Source of the DNA: Cycas panzhihuaensis
Taxonomy: Eukaryota; Plantae; Cycadophyta
Assembly (NCBI GenBank): GCA_023213395.1
Contig: CM041465.1
Location: 195,059,741 to 195,123,740, forward strand
DNA length: 64,000 bases
Direction: 5' to 3'
The notes under the pieces were generated by a model. The model worked only from the letters and a program-made list of their open reading frames with translations. It had not been told where the DNA came from and did no database searches. Positions 1 through 11,819 of the stretch are shown here, piece after piece. Numbering within the stretch: the first letter of the stretch is position 1; every line of letters starts with the position of its first letter. Both the position numbers and the translations under genes were made by a program.

Positions 1-402
1 AATCAATTAAAGCATGTTCTTATTTCTACCCTTATTCTCTTTCCACCATGATTTGATGATCTCTTTATTATTTATACATCTTCCATTGAAGTTTTGTTAG
101 GGGGCATACTCACTCAATAATATTAGTGGCAACTGAGCTCAATAATTTATGGGTAAAGAAATAATGTCTTATCCTTGTCTTTTCTACAAGGAAACTTAGT
201 CATTATCTTTTTAAGAGACACTACACATGTCATTGTCTAAGCAAACATGATTTGGTATTTACTCTCTAGGTTAGATTTAACGAGATAATTAGCAAAATAG
301 GATTCGCTTCTATACAAACTTATTTTAGTTTTTATTAATTATAAATCTAAGAAAGGCATAGTCATAACTAAGTGTTTAGTCAAGATACTCCTGCCTGATC
401 CT

Positions 403-831
403 TGTGAGAAGAGAGGCACATGTACAATGTTAACAGCATATACATATGCAAGAAATAATAGGAAATAACACTGCACATGTACACATTAATTGACAGGTGG
501 AAAACCCCTTCTGGGGAAGAAAAACCACCTCCTAAAATCTAATTTATTAATAAGGAATAAATACCATGCTACAAAACCACCATTAACCAAAACATCCTTT
601 AAACAGACATTTGGACAGACCTTCTAGATTCCTGGAACCATCTCCATGAATCTAGGAGATGAATAAATACTAAGGAGGTTCGTTGGAATGCAGTTCCGCA
701 TTTCAATGACCTTCTACAAATTAATAAAATAAACCTAAGTTTAAACATTATAATCACTTAAATTACATATTAAATATGTGACTAAATAATGACATAAAAG
801 AAACATTAATTTTACATTATATCATCTAACA
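403..831 (-). repeat. Copia A 3' LTR
   Basis: Direct repeat of 7408-7836; adjacent to the PPT. Confidence 0.97.
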
Positions 832-879
832 TCCCCCTTTAATGTAAACTTTTATACTAGAGAGAAAATAAGAGCTTCA

Positions 880-3800
880 TCACAGTGATCCCCCTTTGAT
901 TGAGACTTCTTTTATCTTTAATAGATATCTGAGGTTCAATAATTTAACTTCAGTTAAAGACTTTGTAAATATGTCAGCAATCTATAAATCTGTTGGATAA
1001 TAAGATGAATAAATAATATTATTAGTAACTAAATTACAAATAAAATGTTGATGTAATTCTATATGTTTAGTTCTAGAATGTGTAATAGGATTAGTAGCAA
1101 TAGTAATAACACCTTGATTATCAACTTTAATTTCAATTAAAGAGTTTAGAGACAGACCAATTTCATTTAGTAAAGATTTTAGCCAAAGTGCTTCTTTACC
1201 AGCTTAACTAATACTCAATATTTGGTTTTAGTCGTTGATAACGCTAGTGCCTGCATTTTTTTGCTAGACCAAGTAATAGGTGAGGAATCTATAAAAAATA
1301 CATAACTTAAAGTAGATTTACGATCAGTTATATCACCTGCCTAATCAGAATTAGTATATCCAGTTAACGTTAGTGGTTTATTATAAAAATTATAAGTTAA
1401 ACAATAAAATACAGTATGCTTTAGATATCGTAAGATACGTTTGGCTGCTTTCCAATGAGATTCATATGGTTGTTATATATAATGGGAACATAAAGCAACA
1501 GCATAATAAATGTCAGGGCAGGTGTGAGTTAGATAAATAAGACTACCAATCAGTTGTCTATATAGAGTTGGATCACATAACGGAGTTAGACAATCAATAA
1601 ATAATTTAACTCCTGATTGTAATGGATTTGAAATAGGTTTAGCATTTTCCATGTTAAACCGCTGAATTAAGTCTAGAATATACTTAGGTTGAGATATTGT
1701 TATATTTGAATGATTTTGGTAAACTTGTAAACCAAGGAATTAATATAAGAGACCTAAATCGGTCATTTTAAATTTGTTCATTAAAGTAGATTTTAGATGA
1801 TGAATATTATGAGTTGACGATCCAGTAATGATAATGTCATCAACATAGAGGATTAGAATAGTAAGATTTTTATTTTCACATTTAAAATAAAGATTTAGAT
1901 CACTAATACATCTAGTGTATCCAATGTGAATTAAATAATCATTAACTTTGGTATACCAAGCTCGAGGAGCTTGTTTTAAACCGTACATGGATTTTTTAAG
2001 TTTACAAACTAAATTAGAATTTTCAATAAATCCAGGTGGTTGTGACATATATATCTCTTCTTTGAGATCACCATTCAAGAAAGCACTCTTAACATCCATT
2101 TGGTGGATTTCCCAACTAAACTTGGCTGCAAGAGCAATAATTATCTTGATTGTGTTCATCTTTACAATAGGGGCAAAGGTTTCATTATAATCAATGCCAT
2201 CTATTTGAGAAAATCCTTTTGTAACAAGTCGAGCTTTATATTTTTTAATTGTGCCTATTGAGTTATATTTAGTCCTATAGACCCATTTACAATCAATGAC
2301 ATTTTTCCAAGGTGGGAGAGGAACAAGATCCCAGGTTAAATTTTTAATTAAGGTATCAAATTTAGTTTGCATAGCATCCTACCATACAAGATTGTTGCTA
2401 GCTTTTTTAAATATTTTGGGATCATTATTGTCCATTATTTTTGCTATTAAGGTAAAATTAGCATGTAGTTTTTATGCACGTGTACGTCTGGTATCGGTAG
2501 AATTACCTACATCAGATCCAGCATCAGTAAGCATTTTTGTTACCCAAACAGGTTGCTTGTGAGTAACTGTATCTAAAGATGCAGGTTGATTTGATGAACT
2601 AACCTAAAGGGAAGAATCTATTTCAGTGGATTCTGATAGAGTCTAATTTTGGACTTGAGTTGATAAAGATTCTATAACTTCTGAATCAGCTTGTTTATCA
2701 GAAGGTTCAACCAAATAAGTGTTGGTTAACAAATTTTCAACAGGAAGTTTTACATAAGTAGATGTTGAAGAAGATCCTTCTTCATCAAATATTACATCAT
2801 GCAAAATAGAAATGTGATGCATGACTGGATCTAAGAGTCTATAAGCTTTACTCTCTTCGTTGTATCTAACGAAGATGTATTTTTGACTTTTTCTGTCTAA
2901 TTTTTTACATTTTTTGTGAGGGATGTGTCCCCATGCAATACTGCCAAAGATTCGTAAATGATTAACAGATGGTTTTCTTCCAGACCATTTTTGTTCTGGA
3001 GTAATGTTCTGTAGATATTTACAAGGGAAACGATTTAATACATAATTAGAACAGTTAATTGCTTCTACCTATAATTTTAAATCTAGATTTTTTGCATGTG
3101 ACATACAACAAGTCATTTCAACAAGAATACGGTTTTTGTGTTCAGCAACACCATTTTGTTGAGGTATGTATGCAATAGAATATTAGAACTGAATTCCGTG
3201 TGATTTACAGAAAGAAGTAAATTTTCCACTTAAATATTTTTTAGCATTATCAGATCGAAATATTTTGATTTATGAATTTGATTGATTTTCGACTAACGTT
3301 TTATATTCAACGAAAATATCAAACACTTGATTACATGTTTTGAGTATATAAACCCAACATTTTCTTGAATAATCATCTATAAATGTAACGAAATAACGAG
3401 AATTAGTGTATGACATTACATGAAAGGGTCCACATATGTCAGAGTGGACAAGTTCAAGTGGAGCATTTACTCTATATTAAGTTTTGTGTGGAAATGGATC
3501 CATGTGTTGTTTGCCTGTCACATAGGCTTCACAAACATCATAAACAGTGTTTAAGGGTGGTAAACCATGAACCATTTCATGCTTCTTTAAATATTGCAAT
3601 TTGCCATAACTTGTATGGCCAAATCTTGCATGCCAAAGTTTGCTGACTGAGTCAGATTTAGTAATAAAGGCACTAAAAGATTTTGTTTTGTTATTTTGAA
3701 GACTGGTTAGACTATAGAGATATGTGTTATGATCAACAGGTCCTAAGGCAATATGTCTAAATTTATTTGATAGTTCCTTTATGATAAATTTATTTTTCTA

Positions 3801-5108
3801 GAATTCAATGATAAGGTCTTTCTGGCAGATTTGATAGACAGAGAGTAGGTTTGGTAATAAACCAGGTACATAAAAGACGTCCTTGATTGAACCATCTTTT
3901 AGAATAACGTCACCTGATCCTTTGACTTTAAGTTGATTACCACTTTCGAAAGAAATCTCTTCTTTAGAGTTCAAATTAGATTGATAAGTGGTTAAATTTT
4001 TCTGGTGTCCAGTCATGTGATGGGATGCACCAAAGTCAAGGATCCGCTGTGGTGGTTGATTTAAAGGAGTAACAAACGTAGAAGTTGTTGCTGCTAAAGA
4101 ACGATTATGAGATTGACAATTTTGGGGTCATGATTGAGAATGGGATTGAGGTTTATTTTGCAATCCCTTGGAAGCTTTCCATGCTTCCGAAGCTATTCTA
4201 CTTCTACAGACATCAATAGTCTGGCCTCTTTTATGACAATAGGCACAACTAGTGTTCTGAGAAGAAGTTGCATTGTTCCTATTATGAAAGAATTGATTAG
4301 GAGTATTCTGGTGTTTAGTTGGACCAGAATATTTTATATTATTTTGTGAATTAGATGGTGAACCTCTGTGAGGTTTTTGAAACTTTGGATTACTATGAAA
4401 ATTGTTTTGTTGTTTATTTTTAAATTATGGCTTAGTTTTAGAAAATAAAGCTTGTGAAGGATCTTTTAATGCACCTATTTGAATTAACATTGTCTGATGT
4501 TCAATCAGTAGATTTATCAACTAATTTAATATTATAGGTGGATTGTCAACTTATTGTCTGGCCATTTTATAGAGATTAAAGTGTTTAGGTAGTTTGTTTA
4601 CTCTAAGACGTACGAGTGTGTCGTCATCTTTAACATGCATAGTTATTTTTTCAACATCATCTTCTTTGGTTTTAGATTTGATGTAGTTATCTAGATCTTT
4701 ATTAATTGATTGAATTTTAGTTAAAAAATCCTCAACATTAAAAAAATCATCAAAAGTAAGGTTATACAATTATTGTTCTAGGACAGCCACTTGATGTGTA
4801 TTAACCTTGTCATATTTTTCTTGCAAAGTTTTCCAGACAATGGCTAAGTCATCTTTTTCAAAAACCTGCCAACTGATTTTTGGTGAGAGTGAGTTTAATA
4901 TGGTGCCTAAGGCGGCATCTGAGCTCATCAGATATACCATAAGACTCTCAGTAGCATCTGGTTTTGGTTTTTGAAATTCACCTATCACATATCACCATAT
5001 CTTTTGTTGTTTAAGCTGATGGAATATGTGATTCCTCCAGTCGGCATAGCTTGAGCCTGTTAATACTGGAATTGGAACGCAGGTGATTGTCCCTGGCATT
5101 AATGCCAT
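880..5108 (-). pseudogene. Copia A gag-pol (gag, protease, GAG-pre-integrase, integrase, RT, RNase H) with stops and frameshifts
   Basis: ORF 1740..2372 has RVT_2 motifs (KARLV.KGFSQ, QMDVKSAFLNG, LYVDDII). Also ILDFGASHHMTG protease, PQQNGVAE integrase, ADIFTKSL RNase H end, and gag start MALMPGT. Confidence 0.95.
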
Positions 5109-7407
5109 ATTGGGAGTGTTGAGGTTTAATTGTAGATTGAAGAGTTATGAAGGTGATTGAAAAAATAATCACTTAGTAAAAAGTACTAATCATGTTAACA
5201 AATATAATTCAAGAAGGTATTCTAATATGCATTAATTGTATTTAAAGAAAAAATCATATGTTTATAAATAAATTGAATAAGCAAATGATCTCTTAAAACA
5301 TTGCCTTAAGCAGCCCCTTTTGATAAACTGTTCTTTTTGAGAAATAATCCTCTTTGATAATTAATCCCCCTTTGATAAACAAATTAGTTGCCCTTATTCT
5401 AAACAAATGAAAAGTCCCCCCTTGATTAAAACAGTTCTTAAAAAGAAATTACATGTTCTTAAGCAAATAGTCCCCCTTTGATAGATAATCCCTATTTAAT
5501 AAACAATCCCCTTTTTGATAGAAAGAAACTATCCCTTTTCAAATGAAAAGAATAGATATTCACTTGTTTTTAGCCAAAAAACTAAGAAAAAAATGAATTT
5601 TCTTTAGTTAATTTAAACTTTGTTTAAAGGTATACATATGTATATATATGTATCCTTTGAATGAGTATTAAAAAAATTAATATATATATCTTATATATGA
5701 CATATAGTAAGGTATTATATTAGGCAAGAGGGGGGAATATGATTAAAAAATAGATACTACATTTAATCTTAATCAAAGGACCAAGAAAGGTGATAAATGT
5801 TTCATGATTAAATAAGTTTTGTTAATAGTATATCTAGATTATTTTTAAATGGGTGTTTGAAGAATAAGATACACCTTATATTTGATAAAGAAAAAGCAAA
5901 GTTAATAGACAAGGGGAAGATCAAATTTTTAATATTTAAAAGTTAATTAAGAGGGGATGGGAAATTGATTTTAATCTTAGAATATAGTGGAGGAGGCAAG
6001 GTTTTGATTACATCAAAATGTAATAAATAGATACTTATGTTAACATTAAGGTATTGAAGAAGGGTTATTAATAATAAAGGATAAATATTCTAAGGTTTGA
6101 TTTAAAAGGATTTTTAAGTGTGATTAAGGGGGGGGTTTAATTAAATTAAAATAAAATAAATGAGGCGGGGGGGGCGTGTTATTGATTTTACGTACTAAGG
6201 ATTAACTAAAAAAGGGTTTTAATTTTAAAAATGTAAGGGGGGGTAGAAATAATAAATGTATTACATTGTATAGAAAAGGGGAGGTAATTAATTAATATAT
6301 TAATGTGATAAAGGGGAGTATATGATTGTATTAAAATATAATAAGGTAAAGGTGGGGGATACTATTTGATTTAAATTAAAATTAAAAAAGGAAAAGGAAA
6401 AAACCTAAACCTAAATGGACCCAATAAAAAATTAGTTTATTTTTAATTGATTTTGGGATCCGAGGGGGGGTAGGTTAATCGAAACCCTACCTGATTTTTC
6501 GATGGCGGTGCTCCTTTCGTTGCAGGTCTGTGAGGCATCCATGAGGATCCGAAGCAATGGCATCAAGAAGAAGGCTTTGTCTATGTTCCTATGTATATTT
6601 TCTAGCATGCCTATCTCGCCAAACTATTAGGTTCTCTTCCTCTTCCGATATTCTTCATGTAGTGGCGTTGCTAGGGTTTTCTTCTCATCGCCAACGTGCA
6701 AGGGGTTTCTCACCATTGATGGCACTACTGCTGTGAGTTCCTTTTACCAGGGATGTCCTCGTGGTTTTTCTTCACCGGAGATGCCTCTATAATAGGCTCT
6801 TCTCATCACTCTCTATCTCCCACACTGCCTGATGGTTTCTCTGGTTGTGATCTTATGCACTACTGCGATGGATCCAGGCATTTATTATCTGTAATTCCGT
6901 ATCCGTTCATTTTTTGTTTGTGCATGCATGTTTGCTTACTGTATGGCTCATCTGTATCATTCTCTATATTAGCCCTCCTCCTCTCCTACACTGCTGTGGT
7001 AGATCTTCATCCTCCATGAATGGGCCACCCAGGGCACTGTCTTTATGCCAAGGCCAGCCCTAACTCTATGATACTCATCTCTTACAAGTGTGGATCTTTG
7101 CCCTCAACCTAGCCATCATCCAAGGGTTGGCTACCATCTTCAAGTCATCAGTTATGTGGTTGCACAAAGGATGCTTGTTCTCTAACATAGCAGACAAGGG
7201 ACTAATATCCCACTAAGGACTGCAACAAGGTTCCACTAAGGGTTTTAACATCTCTGTGCCCTTAAATATGCTTCTTTGGCCATGAAAAGTAAGGTTTGTT
7301 GTATCAGAGCATTGTACTTCAAAGATGAAGCATTGATATCGATTGATTTAATCCCTTACTTGTAGCTTTTGACGAGCATGCCATTGTAGTTATAGGCTCT
7401 TTTACCA

Positions 7408-7836
7408 TGTGAGAAGAGAGGCACATGTACAACATTAACAAGATCTATATATGCAAGAAATAACAGGAAATAACATTGCACAGGTACACATTAATTGACA
7501 GGTGGAAAACCCCTTCTGGAGAAGAAAAACCACCTCCTAAAATCTAATTTATTAATAAGGAATAAATACCATGCTACAAAACTACCATTAACCAAAACAA
7601 CCTTTAAACAGGCATTTGGACAGACCTCCTAGATTCCTGGAACCATCTCCATGAATCTAGGAGATGAATAAATACTAAGAAGGCTCATTGGAATGCAGTT
7701 CTGCATTTCAACGACCTTCTATAAATTAATAAAATAAACCTAAGTTTAAATATTATAATCACTTAAATTATATATTAAACATGTGACTAAATAATAACAT
7801 AAAAGAAACATAAAGTTTACATTATATCATCTAACA
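7408..7836 (-). repeat. Copia A 5' LTR
   Basis: Direct repeat of 403-831; adjacent to the PBS. Confidence 0.97.
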
Positions 7837-9205
7837 ATCCCAAAAATTAGCTCATAGATGACTCCTTAATTGAAAAATATAATTTTCATCTTAATATCTC
7901 TCAAGTTCATGAATGGTAAAAGGATACTCCTTGCTATTTATAAATCCAAGATTTATTTAAAGACTTCTTGTTGGGTGTAATACTCAATTCCATTAGCCCT
8001 ATGTAAACTCTCTCTATCTTTTGTATATTGTATTAGAGTTGTGGGCCACCTTGATATATGTGCCACCTCTAAGTAGTCCAATGGGGTTCTTTCTCTAGTG
8101 GTGAGGTTGTACTATAAGTATGTACTCTTACTTGTTCATAATTGAGTTTTGGCCAATTCTCCAACATGGTGTCTATTCTGTGCATACTTCATCTTTTGTT
8201 GCTCACCATTAGGGTTTGATGTGCTTGTCAAATTACTAATCCTAACATGGTATCAGAGCCCAAGGTTCAACCCTTGGAGGCCTTTCTTGCAAATCCTAGT
8301 ACATGTCATTTCTGTTTTTTTGAGCTTTCAAGTCTTGTAAATTTTTTGATGTGCTTGTCAAATTACTAATCCTAACATGGACGAGTAGGACCGAAATCGT
8401 CGAAACGAAGGCTGTGAGATCGATAACGCTGTCAAGGGATAGCCCGTGCAAAAGGTAGAAGATGGCAGCCGATGGTGCAAAGTTAGAGCCGCCGACCTCG
8501 TGGACATGGACGATTTGCTTGAGCACAGGGCCATCATGGTCAAAGCCCCTAGCCTCAGGACTGTCGTGTGACCCAGTATCATCATCCTTCTTTCCTGTCA
8601 AACGAACAAATGCATTTGAGGCACCGCCACAGCCTCGCCTTTGAAGTAGCCCTCGAAGAGCCAATGCATTTACACGTGATTGGAGGCGAAAGGTGGATGC
8701 CCTCTCAATTTTGTTTCAGGATTTAATTAAGTGGGGATCGATCTGGTGTCATTCCCACAGATTCGGTGAGACCTGCACAAATATGGCGATGCGTCCCTCG
8801 CCATCGACGCCCTCTGCCCAAACCTGCAACCACTCATCACAAGACACTTGCAACATGGTAGACCTGGCTCATCCATGGCTGCCCTCGCAACGACAGGTCT
8901 GCAACAAATTCTATCAATGGCGGCGACATTCTTGCATAAACCCTAATAGGGTTACGAAACGCATTTGGGCGTTTTTTATTTTGGCGGACGTGGATTTTTT
9001 TTTCAAAAAGGGGTTATATTTTTTTGTGTTAAAATTTTGAATTTAATTATATTGGATATTGATTTCAAGTCCACCTAGCCCCTCATGACTTCAGCCCCAG
9101 TTTTATGGAGCCCTCATATGACCAACAGCCAGCTTATGAAGGGGGCTAACTCTTATTTCATCATTTTTCAACATTACTAAAGGGTACTTGTCACGTTTGT
9201 TTATT

Positions 9206-9323
9206 GTATCTTGAGATTGGAAGGCCCGATTTCAGTTCCGTCTGTTGCGTTGGATCCGTAACAGAGAGAGCTTTCATTTGACAGGTCATTTGACATATTT
9301 TGGAGCTGTTTTCATGGAGATTT
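9206..9323 (+). promoter_or_regulatory. Conserved spaced, dyad-like leader motif, copy 1 (function unknown)
   Basis: GTATCT-N12-GCCCGAT-N17-CGTTGGAT, then a mirror arm AGCTTTCATTTG..TTTGGAG..AGATTT. Same spacing as the four other copies. Confidence 0.6.
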
Positions 9324-9539
9324 TTAAGTTCAAAGTCACAAGTTCATATTTGTCTTCATTTTTTCTCAGTTTCTTCAGGCACATATTCAAGGTTTTCTTG
9401 ATGTAATGTACCCCGAATGGGGGGGATGACATGTACTATGGACTTCCTTTTAGCTCTTGAAGAACCCATTGTGATCTTATTGTACTTCATTTATGAGAGA
9501 GAGTCACATGTGCTACACAAGTCACATATCATTTTCAGT

Positions 9540-9673
9540 CATGTAAAAATTTCAAATGCTGGTTATTTTTGCCCATGGTGGCAAGTTGTTAGCCCAATGA
9601 GGCATCATGTAAAAATTTCAAATGCTGGTTATTTTTGCCCATGGTGGCAAGTTGATTAGCCCAATGAGGCATC
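9540..9673 (+). repeat. 66-bp tandem duplication inside the non-autonomous element
   Basis: catgtaaaaatttcaaatgctggttatttttgcccatggtggcaagttg at 9540 and 9606; tagcccaatgaggcatc also occurs twice. Confidence 0.9.
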
Positions 9674-9787
9674 TTGTTAGCCCATGTGGTATGTTTGAGG
9701 CCATAGTGCCATTGTATTTCCGGACATTAGATGCCGAAGAAGTGCTAGTCCTATTGAGAAGATGTAGGACACACTTTCAGAAGCTAC

Positions 9788-10237
9788 TCTTGTCTGCCAT
9801 GTGCTTTATACATATATATTTTCCTGCTTGCACTCCCATACGAGCAAGGGGTGGGACCTTATACAGCTACTCTTGCCAGCTCCTGACTGCTCCACGTATA
9901 CAAAGGGAGTTCCTACCCAACTGGCTGGCTACGGTGATAACCCATGCATTAGGTAGATGGACTCCTCTTCATATGGACTTCACGAATTTTTATCTTGGCA
10001 AAGTGTTTATGATCCAAAGACATTTATGATCCAGCAGACTTTTGGAGACTCTTGCCATGTGCCATGTGCCATGTGCTTATTATATATATTTTCCTGCTTG
10101 CACTCCCATATGAGCAAGGGTGGGACCTTATATACTCTTGCCACTCCCGATTGCTCCACGATACAGAGGAGTTCCTACCCAATCAAGCTGGTGATAACCC
10201 ATGCATTCCAGAGATGGACTCTACTTCATATGGACTT
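9788..10237 (+). repeat. Diverged ~190-bp direct repeat (9788-9980 and 10049-10237)
   Basis: Shared blocks atatattttcctgcttgcactcccata, gggtgggaccttata, ggagttcctacccaa, ggtgataacccatgcatt, cttcatatggactt. Confidence 0.9.
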
Positions 10238-11819
10238 GACTTTTCTATTATGTGCGGTTGCTCGATCCAAAGAATTTTTGGAGACTTGAGCTTATCATTG
10301 AAGTGACGATATTTATGTAATTGACTATTACAGGGGGGAATGTTGGGTGTAATACTCAATTCCATTAGCCCTATGTAAACTCTCTCTATCTTTTGTATAT
10401 TGTATTAGAGTTGTGGGCCACCTTGATATATGTGCCACCTCTAAGTAGTCCAATGGGGTTCTTTCTCTAGTGGTGAGGTTGTACTATAAGTATGTACTCT
10501 TACTTGTTCATAATTGAGTTTTGGCCAATTCTCCAACATGGTGTCTATTCTGTGCATACTTCATCTTTTGTTGCTCACCATTAGGGTTTGATGTGCTTGT
10601 CAAATTACTAATCCTAACACTTCTCTCATAAATGTCAATGTAGGATTAGAACTATTGCTTATGATTACATCCTCATTAACGACATTCTCTATAGGTTCTC
10701 TTTTAATGGTAGTCTTTTAAGGTATCTTGATCCATCAGAACCCAAGATAACTTTACACCAATTTCATGATAGTATTTATGGATGCCACATTAGAGGTCAT
10801 GCTACTACTTAATGAATACTTAGTATGGGTTATTTTTGGCCTACATTATTTAAAGTTACCCACTCACACATTTTAAAATATCACAAATGTTAAGAACATG
10901 CTAATATCGTTCACTCATTTTAGTTTCTATGAGAGCTATAACATCATCTTAGCCATCTTCATGATAGGGTATAGATCTCACTGGCATGATTACTCCTACA
11001 TTTGTAGGGGGTCATAGATTCATTCTTATAGTTATAGAATACTTTATGAAGTGGGTTGAAGTTATTGTGCTTTTATATATTACTAGAAAAATTATTAATA
11101 CCTTCATATTTTACCAAATTATTTATTGATTTGGGGTTTTAGATGTGATTGTTAATGATAATGATTCTTCCTTTTGTAATAAAGATATTTATGGACTTTA
11201 TTAAAAGTTCCATATCACTCACTATCCTCAAGTAAACAATTAGTCCAAAGCTTTTAATAAGATTTTGGTCGAAATATTTCCCAAGATGGTCTCATCTTCT
11301 TAACATCACTGGCACACTTTGTTTTATCTAGCTTTTTAGGCTTAAAGAACATTTATTCTCATTGCTAGTAGAATGGCTCATTTTTCACTTGTTTATGATA
11401 CTAAAGTAGCCATTTTATTAGAAGTTACAATCCCTTCTCTACATATTTTTTTGAAAGAAATTACCAATAAATAATGAAATTGATAATCTAGACTCTTAGA
11501 ATTGGAACAAATGGATGAAACTAGAATGTAAGCTTATAAGACAAATCTTCCATTTAAATAGGAAAATCATTCTACTTATGATAGCCACTTACACCTTAGA
11601 AATTTTTCTATTGGAGATAAAGTTCTTAAATTAGAATATTTATACAATAAACTTCACAAATTTGAACCTAAGTTGGTTGGACCATTTTTTATTCTTGAAG
11701 ATTTAAAAAATGAAGCCTATTGACTTAGCACTATTAAGGGACTTGATTTGCAAAACCTTATTAATTCATATTTCTTATGTAAATATTACATATAATTATG
11801 CATAGTCTCTATAATAAGA

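Larger units (their letters stand above)
403..7836 (-). mobile_element. Full-length Ty1/Copia LTR retrotransposon (Copia A), inactivated
   Basis: 429-bp LTRs at 403-831 and 7408-7836 (TG..CA, about 26 mismatches by eye). TSD atcct/atccc. PBS tggtaaaagagc (rc 7396-7407, tRNA-iMet-like). PPT aaaggggga (rc 832-840). Confidence 0.97.
7969..10619 (+). mobile_element. Non-autonomous LTR retrotransposon (LARD/large-TRIM type), very recent insertion
   Basis: 279-bp LTRs at 7969-8247 and 10341-10619, identical by eye. Perfect TSD cttct. Perfect PBS tggtatcagagcc at 8248-8260. PPT aggggggaa at 10332-10340. No gag/pol motifs inside. Confidence 0.97.
1..11797 (+). mobile_element. Degenerate Ty3/Gypsy (non-chromovirus, Athila/Tat-like) pol remnant: RNase H (1-402), linker (7842-7968), integrase (10625-11797); host of two insertions
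   Basis: Decayed motifs RKLSHYL (RNase H), integrase zinc finger H..G.H..GYFWPTLF..C, core YF.KWVE, and a C-terminal W.GPF..IN..L.KYY. The sequence is continuous once the two TSD-flanked insertions are removed. Confidence 0.85.

Noticed and set aside
1948-2562. Plus-strand ORFs over Copia A RT (similarly 44571..44975, 54622..54912, 63212..63756)
   Set aside because: Antisense shadows of retrotransposon coding sequence.
7969-8247. Retrozyme (hammerhead ribozyme in the LTR) or Cassandra (5S) identity
   Set aside because: No CTGANGA..GAAA core and no 5S rRNA box seen on either strand.
8149-9040. Overlapping ORFs (8296..8664, 8462..8644, 8693..9040) as captured genes
   Set aside because: No recognisable domain; expected by chance in a GC-rich patch.
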